From IMG/VR virus record IMGVR_UViG_3300022918_000112, positions 1 to 60,112 of that record: a stretch of 60,112 bases of DNA. The stretch is one strand, 5' to 3'. The position numbers and the translations under genes are program-made. Each line of letters starts with the position of its first letter. Position 1 is the stretch's first letter. This DNA is from a virus. Lineage: Duplodnaviria; Caudoviricetes. The notes beneath the pieces are model-generated. The model had not been told where the DNA came from, searched no databases, and saw nothing but the letters and a program-made list of their open reading frames with translations. This document shows positions 1 to 8,871 of the stretch, piece after piece.

Positions 1-7
1 GAGAGAG

Positions 8-292
8 TTGAGCCTGCTGCAAGATCAACTCAAGCAAACCAACGCTCGACAGGATCAGCTGCTGGAACAGGTCAACCGCATCGACAGCGAACGCACCCTC
101 CTCCAGGAACGCTTGCGCGCTGCCCTGCTGGAAAGCCAGTCACTGAAACAGAACGTCGACGAGCAGTCGCAAATAAACAAAGCGTTGGAAATTGAGTTGC
201 TCAAGACTCAGGCGAGCCTTGATGAGAGCGTGCGCCTGGCGGCCGTCATTGCGACAGCGCCAGACGCATCAGAGCCCAAAAAGGACGATTAA
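8..292 (+). CDS. 3' part of a host coiled-coil protein (runs in from before the window)
   Basis: Open frame from the window edge, heptad-rich Q/E/L sequence, stop overlaps the gor stop. Confidence 0.55.
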   Translation: MSLLQDQLKQTNARQDQLLEQVNRIDSERTLLQERLRAALLESQSLKQNVDEQSQINKALEIELLKTQASLDESVRLAAVIATAPDASEPKKDD

Positions 293-1647
293 CCCGCGAC
301 CGGCGTGCGCATGGTGACGAACTCTTCGGCGGCAGTCGGGTGCACGCCGATGGTTTCATCGAAATCGCGCTTGGTGGCACCCGCTTTCAGGGCGATCGCC
401 AAGCCCTGCACAATTTCCCCCGCCTCCGGACCGACCATGTGACAACCCAGAACCTTGTCGGTCTTGGCGTCCACCACCAGCTTCATCAGGGTGCGCTCCT
501 GACATTCGGTCAGAGTCAGCTTCATTGGGCGGAAGCGGCTTTCGAAGATCACCACATCGTGACCGGCCTCCCGGGCCTCTTCCTCGGTGAAACCGACCGT
601 GCCGATGTTCGGCAAGCTGAATACCGCGGTCGGGATCATCTTGTAATCGACCGGGCGATACTGCTCAGGCTTGAACAAACGTCGCGCCACGGCCATGCCT
701 TCAGCGAGCGCTACCGGCGTCAATTGAACACGACCGATCACATCGCCAAGCGCCAGGATCGACGGTTCAGCCGTCTGATACTGCTCGTCGACCTCGACGA
801 AACCTTTCTTGTCGAGTTTGACTCCGGTGTTTTCCAGCCCAAGATTATCGAGCATCGGACGTCGACCGGTGGCGTAGAACACACAATCCGCTTCCAGCTC
901 ACGGCCATCCTTGAGAGTCACCTTCAGGCTGCCATCGGACTGCTTGTCGATACGTTCGATGTCAGCGTTGAATTGCAGGTCCATGCCGCGCTTCGTCAGC
1001 TCTTCCTGCAAGTGTTTGCGCACTGCACCGTCGAAGCCGCGCAGGAACAGCTCACCGCGATACAGCAACGTGGTGTCAGCGCCCAGACCGTGGAAGATCC
1101 CGGCGAATTCGACGGCGATGTAACCACCGCCTACCACCAGAACGCGCTTGGGCAGCTCTTTGAGGAAGAACGCCTGGTTGGAGCTAATCGCGTGTTCGTG
1201 ACCCGGAATCTCCGGGATCTGAGGCCATCCACCGGTAGCAATCAGGATGTTCTTGGCGGTGTGGTGCTCGCCATTGATCTCGACCGTGTTCGGGTCGACG
1301 ATTTTGGCGTGGCCTTCATGCAAAGTCACGCCGCTGTTAACCAGAAGGTTGCGATAGATACCGTTCAGTCGATTGATCTCGCGATCCTTGTTGGCGATCA
1401 GCGTCGCCCAATCGAACTTCGCTTCGCCCGGTGTCCAGCCAAAACCCGACGACTGCTCGAAGTCTTCGGCAAAATGCGCGCCGTAGACCAGCAGTTTCTT
1501 CGGCACACAGCCGACATTCACACAAGTGCCACCCAGGTAGCGGCTCTCGGCCACCGCCACTTTCGCGCCAAAACCGGCAGCAAAACGCGCAGCCCGCACA
1601 CCGCCGGAACCGGCGCCAATCACATAAAGGTCAAAATCGTAGGCCAT
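289..1647 (-). CDS. gor: Glutathione-disulfide reductase
   Basis: GAGSGG FAD motif, [13 protein letters not shown] redox disulfide, [13 protein letters not shown] motif, C-terminal HPTAAEE. Confidence 0.97.
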   Translation of the reverse strand: MAYDFDLYVIGAGSGGVRAARFAAGFGAKVAVAESRYLGGTCVNVGCVPKKLLVYGAHFAEDFEQSSGFGWTPGEAKFDWATLIANKDREINRLNGIYRNLLVNSGVTLHEGHAKIVDPNTVEINGEHHTAKNILIATGGWPQIPEIPGHEHAISSNQAFFLKELPKRVLVVGGGYIAVEFAGIFHGLGADTTLLYRGELFLRGFDGAVRKHLQEELTKRGMDLQFNADIERIDKQSDGSLKVTLKDGRELEADCVFYATGRRPMLDNLGLENTGVKLDKKGFVEVDEQYQTAEPSILALGDVIGRVQLTPVALAEGMAVARRLFKPEQYRPVDYKMIPTAVFSLPNIGTVGFTEEEAREAGHDVVIFESRFRPMKLTLTECQERTLMKLVVDAKTDKVLGCHMVGPEAGEIVQGLAIALKAGATKRDFDETIGVHPTAAEEFVTMRTPVAG

Positions 1648-1729
1648 TTTCAATCTCCTCGGCAGTCCACAAGCATACCCGCAGGCATCCGTTGGGCAAG
1701 CGCTGCAAACGATATGGGGACGGAAAATG

Positions 1730-1754
1730 AAAAAGCCACCCGAAGGTGGCTTTT
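1730..1754. terminator. Intrinsic terminator downstream of galU
   Basis: AAAAGCCACC-CGAA-GGTGGCTTTT inverted repeat with A/T tails. Confidence 0.8.
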
Positions 1755-1777
1755 CAATACAAGTGGGTCAGAGGCTA

Positions 1778-2216
1778 TCAGTAAGCCTTGCCAGTCTTGT
1801 AGAAGTTCTCGAAGCAGAAGTTGGTGGCCTCGATGTAGCCTTCAGCGCCACCGCAGTCAAAACGCTGACCCTTGAACTTGTAGGCAATCACGCAACCGTT
1901 TTTCGCCTGCTTCATCAGGGCGTCGGTGATTTGAATCTCGCCGCCTTTGCCTGGCTCGGTTTGTTTGATCAGCTCGAAAATATCCGGCGTCAGGATGTAA
2001 CGACCGATGATCGCGAGGTTCGACGGTGCGTCTTCCGGGGCTGGTTTTTCGACCATGTTGCGAACGCGGTACAAATCATCAGCGATCAGCTCGCCGGCGA
2101 TCACGCCGTACTTGTTGGTTTCCATCGGATCCACTTCCTGGATCGCAACGATGGTGCAGCGATACTGCTCGTACAGCTTGACCATCTGGGTCAGGACGCC
2201 GTCGCCTTCGAGGTTG
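1778..2216. repeat. Direct repeat with 59674-60112 (galU 3' half)
   Basis: Colinear at offset 57896; about 10 mismatches counted by eye in 439 bp, all in 1778-2089; 2090-2216 identical to 59986-60112. Confidence 0.95.
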
Positions 2217-2617
2217 ACGCACAAGTCGTCCGCCAGCACTACCGCGAACGGTTCGTCACCGATCAGTGGGCGGCCAGTCAGGATCGCGTGCCCCAAGCCT
2301 TTCATTTCGGTCTGACGAGTGTAGGAGAACGAGCACTCGTCCAACAGTTTGCGGATACCGACCAGGTATTTTTCCTTGTCGGTGCCTTTGATCTGGTTTT
2401 CCAACTCGTAGCTGATGTCGAAGTGGTCTTCCAGAGCGCGTTTGCCGCGACCGGTGACGATGGAGATTTCGGTCAACCCAGCGTCCAGTGCTTCTTCGAC
2501 GCCGTACTGGATCAGTGGCTTGTTCACCACCGGCAACATTTCCTTGGGCATGGCCTTGGTCGCTGGGAGGAAGCGCGTGCCGTAACCGGCTGCTGGGAAC
2601 AGGCATTTCTTGATCAT
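1778..2617 (-). CDS. galU: UTP-glucose-1-phosphate uridylyltransferase, left copy
   Basis: PAAGYGTRFLPATKAMPKEMLP signature, VEKP motif, GEIQITDA. Confidence 0.97.
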   Translation of the reverse strand: MIKKCLFPAAGYGTRFLPATKAMPKEMLPVVNKPLIQYGVEEALDAGLTEISIVTGRGKRALEDHFDISYELENQIKGTDKEKYLVGIRKLLDECSFSYTRQTEMKGLGHAILTGRPLIGDEPFAVVLADDLCVNLEGDGVLTQMVKLYEQYRCTIVAIQEVDPMETNKYGVIAGELIADDLYRVRNMVEKPAPEDAPSNLAIIGRYILTPDIFELIKQTEPGKGGEIQITDALMKQAKNGCVIAYKFKGQRFDCGGAEGYIEATNFCFENFYKTGKAY

Positions 2618-2786
2618 GTGAGGCCTTGATTGGGTGATGCATCCATATTTTCGGCGCAGTCTAATCAGGCAGAAGACTTCTTACAACGCCCGACGCTGAC
2701 TAACTGACTGCCTTCATAGAAAAATATTGCCACCGATAGTTGCGAGGCAGCTTGTCACTATTAACAGTTTCCCCTCGCAAGAAGCT

Positions 2787-2881
2787 GCATCGAAGTGTGA
2801 TCTGCCCAAGTAGCCAATGATTTGGCAGATCACACCGCGATGCGGACGAAACCCCGGCTTATACCGGCCAATGCACTCATC
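2787..2881 (+). ncRNA. Structured leader module, copy A (long stem + CGATGCGGACGAAAC + short hairpin)
   Basis: 12-bp perfect stem 2795-2806/2824-2835; 15-nt core identical to 55259-55273. Confidence 0.55.
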
Positions 2882-2981
2882 AACTAACCCAGCGCGGAGG
2901 ATTGGCAGCCATGTAACCGATATCGAAAGCCCGCCAGAAGGCGGCACATGCGTCACGTAGGGAGGTCTTCGTGACGCCAAC

Positions 2982-3009
2982 AAAAGCCCGGTTCCGATCG
3001 GGCTTTTTT
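2982..3009 (+). terminator. Intrinsic terminator in the early leader
   Basis: AAAAGCCCG...CGGGCTTTTTT. Confidence 0.7.
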
Positions 3010-3024
3010 ACGCGTGCCTTTATC

Positions 3025-3080
3025 CGTCAGCACTCTCCCCTGCGCCCAACGGCAACCAGCAGGAGGCCCGAGTGCTGACG
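3025..3080 (+). promoter_or_regulatory. Nested hairpin element, copy A
   Basis: 11-bp outer stem; 19-nt core GCGCCCAACGGCAACCAGC shared with 55783-55830. Confidence 0.55.
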
Positions 3081-3109
3081 AATACACGCAACCCCATCGA
3101 GGAATCGCC

Positions 3110-3391
3110 ATGCACCAACTACTTCAACAGCGAGTCGACGGGGTTGCCGCCCTGCGTGCCCGCGCAAGCATCGCCACCGCCGCTTTCTACGCCTTGATTG
3201 GCAAGGATCAGCCCGTGCAAGAGATTCGCTACCAGGTTCAAACCAAGGGCAACGCCTATCACATCGTTGAGCGCTCCACCGGCCTGACCAAAGGGTTTCG
3301 CTGGACCTGGAAAGAAGCAATCAACTTGGCTCAGGTACTGGAAGCTCGCGCCGACGGCATCAAGCTCTCGCTGTCAGGGGTGCGGAAATGA
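3110..3391 (+). CDS. Phage early hypothetical protein
   Basis: GAGGA RBS, ATG 3110, ATGA-coupled to the next gene. Confidence 0.75.
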   Translation: MHQLLQQRVDGVAALRARASIATAAFYALIGKDQPVQEIRYQVQTKGNAYHIVERSTGLTKGFRWTWKEAINLAQVLEARADGIKLSLSGVRK

Positions 3392-3696
3392 TCGGAGTGC
3401 CAATGCCCGACCCGCGAGACTCGATCGTCGCGAACCTGAAACAGCAGCTGGAGCAATACTTTGGCGCAGGAAAACCGGTGCAGGAAATCGCACCGGGCGT
3501 CAGCGGTGAAAAGGCGGCCATGTTCGGCACCTCTCACAGCAACAAGCTGCGTGTCGAGCGGGACAAGATCGCGCCCAGGCTGAAGGAGCTAGCCGAGGCC
3601 GGCACACCCATTGCCAAGGCCGCGAAAGAGTGTGGCATGGAAGCTAAACGCGCGCGGCTCATCGCTCGGGAAAATGGCTTCAAGTTCACATCATGA
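3388..3696 (+). CDS. Phage early protein with C-terminal HTH-like segment
   Basis: Coupled ORF; TPIAKAAKECGMEAKRARLIA resembles an HTH. Confidence 0.7.
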   Translation: MIGVPMPDPRDSIVANLKQQLEQYFGAGKPVQEIAPGVSGEKAAMFGTSHSNKLRVERDKIAPRLKELAEAGTPIAKAAKECGMEAKRARLIARENGFKFTS

Positions 3697-3887
3697 AGCG
3701 CCTCAGCAACCAGGTGCGCCAGCGCCGACGACAGACATGGCTGGATCTACCGGCCCACGGAATTGAAGAGGCAGGCCATGGCCGAGGAACTGCAGGAGCC
3801 GACGGCGGAAGCCATCAAGCAGCGCAAGAAACGCGAGAAGAAAGCTGCAGACGACGCAACGAAGGGAGTCGGTCGCTTCAAGGTTGA
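3693..3887 (+). CDS. Small basic phage protein
   Basis: ATGA overlap with upstream gene; tail overlaps the next gene. Confidence 0.4.
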   Translation: MKRLSNQVRQRRRQTWLDLPAHGIEEAGHGRGTAGADGGSHQAAQETREESCRRRNEGSRSLQG

Positions 3888-4143
3888 GGTCGCCGGCGTG
3901 TTCATGCCCGACCTCAAGCGCCTGATGAAAGAACATGGCTTCAACAACCAGCAGGAGGTGTATCAGAACCTGCTGCGCAATGTGATCGCCGCCGACTTCG
4001 ATACCGCCGCCCAGATGCTGCGGAGTGTCACGACACCTTATGAACCTAGCGAGAAGGTGTTGCGACAATTGAGGGCAGCCGGGCTGCAGCACTTAGCGAA
4101 ATACCCCAGTGAACAAGATGACGAAATTGTTTACCCCGCATGA
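3778..4143 (+). CDS. Phage hypothetical protein
   Basis: GAGG RBS before ATG 3778, phage-like codon usage. Confidence 0.7.
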   Translation: MAEELQEPTAEAIKQRKKREKKAADDATKGVGRFKVEVAGVFMPDLKRLMKEHGFNNQQEVYQNLLRNVIAADFDTAAQMLRSVTTPYEPSEKVLRQLRAAGLQHLAKYPSEQDDEIVYPA

Positions 4144-4216
4144 CTATCGCGCAACTATTTTTACAGCCTACAAAGAACAACCAAACATAATTGACGCACC
4201 TCCCACATCAATATAA

Positions 4217-4861
4217 TTAGATATTTATCAATCTGCAAAAATTAGTTAGACCAATATCATTTATTATAACCGGCGAAATTGGATCACTAATGCGAGGCAC
4301 CCATATCGCGCGAACCTCAACTTGCATAGAGAATTTTGGCTCCTTAATAATTGCAGGATGCGCCCCCCAGTTCCGACCATTCCAAACTTCACTTCGCTCT
4401 TTATACTGAATCTTTTCGATTGTTAAAAGGCGGACAGGAAAATTAAAGTTCAATGTCTCGGTGAGGCGCTGATAAAATCCATTAACGTCAAATATTTCAA
4501 CGCAAGATTCAGCACCCTCAAATTGCCGCATCACGCGCCTCGAAAATTCAAATGAAGTGCAATGGATAAAGAAATCAGGCACATCAAAGGTCTGACACAA
4601 AGTAAAGTTTTCGACATGAGCGCCACGACCAATCTTGACACCGTTAAATTGCCTTAGTGCTTCTACATGAATACTTCCAGCATCTGAAGTATTTACAATT
4701 GGAATATGATGCTCAACGAACTTCGTACCTTCGGCTGCATCAAATATCCCTTCTTTATGTTCGGTTTTTCTGAAGTCATGCAAGGTGCCGATCCGTACAT
4801 TGCCTAGCGCCAAAAGCGCGTCGTTGTATTTAACAGCTGAATATCTGAAAACTGACGCCAT
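4217..4861 (-). CDS. AT-rich moron, DUF2971/ART-like hypothetical protein
   Basis: AAGGAG RBS; FRY...CTS...KxxxFxxQxExR pattern; opposite strand to the operon. Confidence 0.7.
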   Translation of the reverse strand: MASVFRYSAVKYNDALLALGNVRIGTLHDFRKTEHKEGIFDAAEGTKFVEHHIPIVNTSDAGSIHVEALRQFNGVKIGRGAHVENFTLCQTFDVPDFFIHCTSFEFSRRVMRQFEGAESCVEIFDVNGFYQRLTETLNFNFPVRLLTIEKIQYKERSEVWNGRNWGAHPAIIKEPKFSMQVEVRAIWVPRISDPISPVIINDIGLTNFCRLINI

Positions 4862-4965
4862 AAACGCTCCTTCCGGCTCCATGCCGGGCCGAACACAAAT
4901 ACCCCAACCCAAACCAAATAGCCACCACCGGTCACGGAGGGCGGCGCCTACCTGAGGTATTCGCA

Positions 4966-5973
4966 ATGCCCGTACTCCATAGCGTGATCCACAAGATCGA
5001 CAAAAAGCCCGATGGCCTCCCCGCCGTTCTGTTCCTCGGCGCTGCCGAGCAGGTCGAGAGCCAGGCTCGGGACGATCTAATGAGCCAGCTCAACGAAAGC
5101 TACAACGCCACCGCCGGCAAGGGCTGGGGTTTCTTCCACGCTGAATCTGGCGCGTACCCACTCAGCGGCTGGCTCGCCAAATACCTGGCTGGAGGCTCCG
5201 ACTTCCTCGACTTCAGCGTCACCGCCGTCGAGCATCTGACCAGGCTGATGGAAGAATCGAACCTGACCACCGGCGGGCACGCCCTCTTCTGTCAGTACCA
5301 GCAAGGCCTGACCCAATACCTGGCCATCGCCCTGGTGCAGGAAACGGAAGCGGTGACCATGACCGAAGAGCTGCACCTGATGACGGTCAAGCGCCTGGAC
5401 CTGGACCACATCCGCCTGGCCGCGCGCATCAACCTCAGCGAGTGGAAAAACAACCCACAGTCGCGTCAGTACATCTCGTACCTCAAGGGCAAGCAAGGCC
5501 GCAAGCTCAACGAGTACTTCCGCGATTTCATTGGCGCACAGGAAGGCGTTGACGGCCCGGGCGAAACCCGCACCCTGCTCAAGGCGTTCAGTGACTTCGT
5601 TGAAAGCGAAGATCTTGGCGAGGAGTCAGCCCGCGAGAAGACCAACACCTTGGTCAGCTACGCGATGGCCCAGGCCAAGCTCGGCGAACCGCTTACCCTC
5701 GACGAATTGTCCGAAGTGCTCGACGACGAACAGCCAAAAGCGTTTACCGATTTCATCCGCGACAAGGATTACGGCCTTTCGGCTTCGCTGCCGCCGGACA
5801 AAAAGACCTTGAACAAATTTCGGCGCTTCACCGGCCGAATCGATGGTCTGTCGATCAGCTTCGAGCAGCACCTGCTGGGCTCCAAAGTAGAGTTCGACGA
5901 AGTCGTCGGCACGCTGACGCTGCGCGGTCTGCCAACCCAGCTCACCGATCAACTCAAGCGCGCAAGCACCTGA
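4966..5973 (+). CDS. yejK: Nucleoid-associated protein NdpA/YejK family (phage copy)
   Basis: [10 protein letters not shown] start, [16 protein letters not shown] motifs, 335 aa. Confidence 0.9.
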   Translation: MPVLHSVIHKIDKKPDGLPAVLFLGAAEQVESQARDDLMSQLNESYNATAGKGWGFFHAESGAYPLSGWLAKYLAGGSDFLDFSVTAVEHLTRLMEESNLTTGGHALFCQYQQGLTQYLAIALVQETEAVTMTEELHLMTVKRLDLDHIRLAARINLSEWKNNPQSRQYISYLKGKQGRKLNEYFRDFIGAQEGVDGPGETRTLLKAFSDFVESEDLGEESAREKTNTLVSYAMAQAKLGEPLTLDELSEVLDDEQPKAFTDFIRDKDYGLSASLPPDKKTLNKFRRFTGRIDGLSISFEQHLLGSKVEFDEVVGTLTLRGLPTQLTDQLKRAST

Positions 5974-5984
5974 GGTCGCCTAAC

Positions 5985-6170
5985 CTACTGAGCCGAAGGC
6001 TCAGCAAGTCGCTCAATCGCCTTCCTGTAGGTGGCAAGCTCAATGATCTGCCGCAAGCAGATTACGACTTCAAGCTTCTGCTTATCGTCGGGGATCCCTA
6101 TTCGCTTGAGCATCATTTGAGCGTCTTCCTCGATTGCCGCGAGTGCATCGATATCGCTTTGCAGTCTCAT
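5985..6170 (-). CDS. Small helical hypothetical protein
   Basis: GGAGG RBS, 61 aa. Confidence 0.6.
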   Translation of the reverse strand: MRLQSDIDALAAIEEDAQMMLKRIGIPDDKQKLEVVICLRQIIELATYRKAIERLAEPSAQ

Positions 6171-6184
6171 GTCGGCCTCCTACC

Positions 6185-6358
6185 TCAGCCCTTCTTGCCT
6201 GACGGAGCATTGCCTCTGTCGCCGCCCGATGGGTTCGGTGTTGTACTTGGCCAGTTACCACCTGGCCCTGGATGACTCGAAGGCCCGCGTGAACTGCCGG
6301 ATCCTTTGCTTGATCCACCTGAATTGCTTGAGCTTTTACCGCCTCCACTTTTGGACAT
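6185..6358 (-). CDS. Small Gly/Ser/Pro-rich disordered protein
   Basis: AAGGAG RBS before ATG 6358; 57 aa. Confidence 0.6.
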   Translation of the reverse strand: MSKSGGGKSSSNSGGSSKGSGSSRGPSSHPGPGGNWPSTTPNPSGGDRGNAPSGKKG

Positions 6359-6493
6359 GATGATCTCCTTGGTAACGGGAACAGCCCATTGAGAGTAGGT
6401 CATCACGGGCCCACTCATGGCCCACCTGTCCGAATACCCCACTTCAACGAATCACGCCAGCCGGTGAGGCAGGCGCCTGCCTGGAGATTGCCA

Positions 6494-6805
6494 ATGAGCA
6501 TCCCCGTGAACGCTTTGAAAGATGACGAGCTTTTGCACTATGCCGCGCTTGATCCGGGCGCCGCCGCTGAGCTGGCTCGACGATTCGTTGATGGCTCGAT
6601 TGATCCAGGGGCAGAAGTCGAGGGCCTGCGCGACGAGATCCGCATGAACGAAAGCTCTCTCGATGACCAGCATGAACAGATCGAGAACCTGTCGCTGTTT
6701 ATGTCACAGGCTGCCGAAGCCATACGCCGCGCTATGAACCCAGAAACTCCACCGAGCAAGGTTCATGACTTGCTCAAAACAGCACTCAACAAGCTGGAGC
6801 AATGA
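6494..6805 (+). CDS. Phage hypothetical protein
   Basis: GGAG RBS, ATG 6494. Confidence 0.7.
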   Translation: MSIPVNALKDDELLHYAALDPGAAAELARRFVDGSIDPGAEVEGLRDEIRMNESSLDDQHEQIENLSLFMSQAAEAIRRAMNPETPPSKVHDLLKTALNKLEQ

Positions 6806-6806
6806 C

Positions 6807-7169
6807 ATGAGTACTTTTGCCGTATTCGGAATGAATGAGCACTTCGCCCGCGAAGAGGCGAAGCGCAAGGTTCGCGACTTCAAGATCGAAAAGGGTCAGC
6901 GGATTGAACTCTCGATGAGTCAGTGGCTCCAGGCTGTCGAAGATCGCGTGGTCAAGATCATGGACGGCAAGCGGGTCGCCCAACTCAGCAGCATGTTCGA
7001 TGCCCCCCAGTACGCCGCCGATTATGCCGAGCGCATCCAGAAGCTGGGGCGGTGCCGCGACGTAATCATCAGGGCGAAGATCAGGCTGCCGCAGAAGGAC
7101 TTGAGGCGAAAGTCGCCGACCAAGCTTTCTTGGATGGACTACTCGCCAGAATCGATAGCTACCGCATAA
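6807..7169 (+). CDS. Phage hypothetical protein
   Basis: GGAG RBS, ATG 6807 directly after previous stop. Confidence 0.7.
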   Translation: MSTFAVFGMNEHFAREEAKRKVRDFKIEKGQRIELSMSQWLQAVEDRVVKIMDGKRVAQLSSMFDAPQYAADYAERIQKLGRCRDVIIRAKIRLPQKDLRRKSPTKLSWMDYSPESIATA

Positions 7170-7176
7170 TCCGCAC

Positions 7177-8169
7177 TTACTTATTGCGTTGAACACCCGA
7201 TTTTATCAAAGCGTCGTAAATCACTAAAATATCTTCATTATTCCCGTATGCCGTTCTATCCAAAAGTATTAAGTCGCTTTTATCCAGTAGCATCATCCAA
7301 TCCAAATTGTTAAAAATCGCAAACTCATCAACATACTTAATAAATCTACTACCGCGTTCACTCAAGCAATTATAAAACAAAATCACGAGTTCAAAATCAG
7401 ATAAAAATGAACGCGCCACCGTCCCAAATCTTTTCTTTTCCCCATGATCGCACTCCGAGGCGAAACGAAACACAGCATATAGGCTTCGAAAATACAAACT
7501 TAAGTCACCCTGATACTTTGCCCACATTTCGGAATATGCGTAATTCATCTTTCCATCGAGACTAGGAACGTTGTTAATATAGTTTCTCCGCAGGAAGTTT
7601 ACCCAGGTTTTAAAGCAGTCCCTCCCGACCATAGTCACCACGCCTTCTCTTTTAAGGTCAAACCCCTGTACAACGCTGTGCTGAAGCGTCAGCATATTGT
7701 AAAACTGCGACTCAATTTGCTGGTGCATCACCTGCTGCCTTGCTTCAGAAAGATCTTTTCTCTGCAAAAGCAAAGTTATGAGAACGCCTGAAAATGCCAG
7801 CCCAGAGAAAAGAGCATTGAGAGTGCCAAAACTGTCTCCAAAGGTCCCTTCGCGTATTTTTTCAGGGATAGAAATAAATGGTTCATTCCACAACAAAATA
7901 ATTACGAAGGCGCCGTAAGCCAAGACAACTAACGACAGAACAACTATCACCTTGCTATAACTACTAAATTTAATTTCAATTTTTTTAGTAACCTTATAAA
8001 ACACAAATAACCCCAACAACCAAAGTACAAACGCAAAACAATACACCCAAATATTTAACGTTGAAAAAGACCAAAGCCCAAATTGGTACATCACTTCAGA
8101 AATATTAGATTCCACCATTGCAACATTTGAATACTTTAAAGCCTGAGCATCAATGTCAAACCAACTCAT
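7177..8169 (-). CDS. Putative phage abortive infection protein (putAbiC-like, membrane-anchored)
   Basis: N-terminal TM helices, FGDSFGTLNALFSGLAF, QFYNML, GRDCF, YFRSLY, LSxxELxxLFYNCL motifs; very AT-rich. Confidence 0.8.
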   Translation of the reverse strand: MSWFDIDAQALKYSNVAMVESNISEVMYQFGLWSFSTLNIWVYCFAFVLWLLGLFVFYKVTKKIEIKFSSYSKVIVVLSLVVLAYGAFVIILLWNEPFISIPEKIREGTFGDSFGTLNALFSGLAFSGVLITLLLQRKDLSEARQQVMHQQIESQFYNMLTLQHSVVQGFDLKREGVVTMVGRDCFKTWVNFLRRNYINNVPSLDGKMNYAYSEMWAKYQGDLSLYFRSLYAVFRFASECDHGEKKRFGTVARSFLSDFELVILFYNCLSERGSRFIKYVDEFAIFNNLDWMMLLDKSDLILLDRTAYGNNEDILVIYDALIKSGVQRNK

Positions 8170-8396
8170 TTTTAGCTTCCAATTAGGAGGCAGGTGCTAC
8201 CACTGCCGACATGTAAATGACCACTATTACCTCCAATGATACCAATCTGCCAGCCCCCCCACCTCATGAAAATCATCGATATGAGAAGCACATGGCTAAA
8301 TACGGAAACGTCTGTAGCGGCATCGAGTCTTGGTCGGTGTAAGGGCTGTAGCATGAGCCTTCCCTTTTCAGAGAAGGCCCATCGTGTCAGCTCAGT

Positions 8397-8492
8397 TCAT
8401 CGGTCCTTGCCCTGGTCCCAAAGCTGCCTGAGTTCATTGATGAGTCGAAGGATGGCTATGACCAGCCAAACAAGATCTTTAAAGCGTTGCAT
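8397..8492 (-). CDS. 31-aa amphipathic peptide (absent from the ORF track)
   Basis: GAGGA RBS; MQRFKDLVWLVIAILRLINELRQLWDQGKDR; followed by a 13-bp hairpin at 8353-8382. Confidence 0.55.
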   Translation of the reverse strand: MQRFKDLVWLVIAILRLINELRQLWDQGKDR

Positions 8493-8592
8493 ATGCAGAT
8501 CCTCTAGTACTTGGAACTAGGGGATGCACAACACCAATTGATAAACCGCCCCACACTCAACCGCCCGGGCATGACCCGGCATAGGACGCCCC

Positions 8593-8871
8593 ATGCCCAC
8601 AGAAAACAAACCGGCCGATCCATTTGGCCCAATCGGTCGTACCTTCCACATTCATCTGAGCGTGCGCGGCGCGCTGCGGGACTTCAGCAAGCGCCAGCTC
8701 AAAGGCATGTTCCATTTTAAGGGTGGCCGAAAGTGCACCGCCGACGAGGCGAAGGATCATCTACTTGAGGCTTTGGCCAAAGGTAAAGAGGTTCTGCCTT
8801 TCGGGCCGCCGTGCGAAGGCTTCGACTTTGCAGGTAATGGTTGCCCTGGCCACGACACGGAGGCCGCATGA
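8593..8871 (+). CDS. Phage hypothetical protein
   Basis: AGGA RBS after a short hairpin; ends EAA with ATGA overlap. Confidence 0.7.
   Translation: MPTENKPADPFGPIGRTFHIHLSVRGALRDFSKRQLKGMFHFKGGRKCTADEAKDHLLEALAKGKEVLPFGPPCEGFDFAGNGCPGHDTEAA

Noticed and set aside
340-2629. Long plus-strand ORFs 340-1875 and 1727-2629
   Set aside because: Antisense shadows of gor and galU caused by GC-rich codon bias; the same applies to most nested ORFs opposite structural genes
8172-8354. 60-aa ORF upstream of the Abi-like gene
   Set aside because: Start lies within a hairpin with no convincing RBS, and the composition is not protein-like
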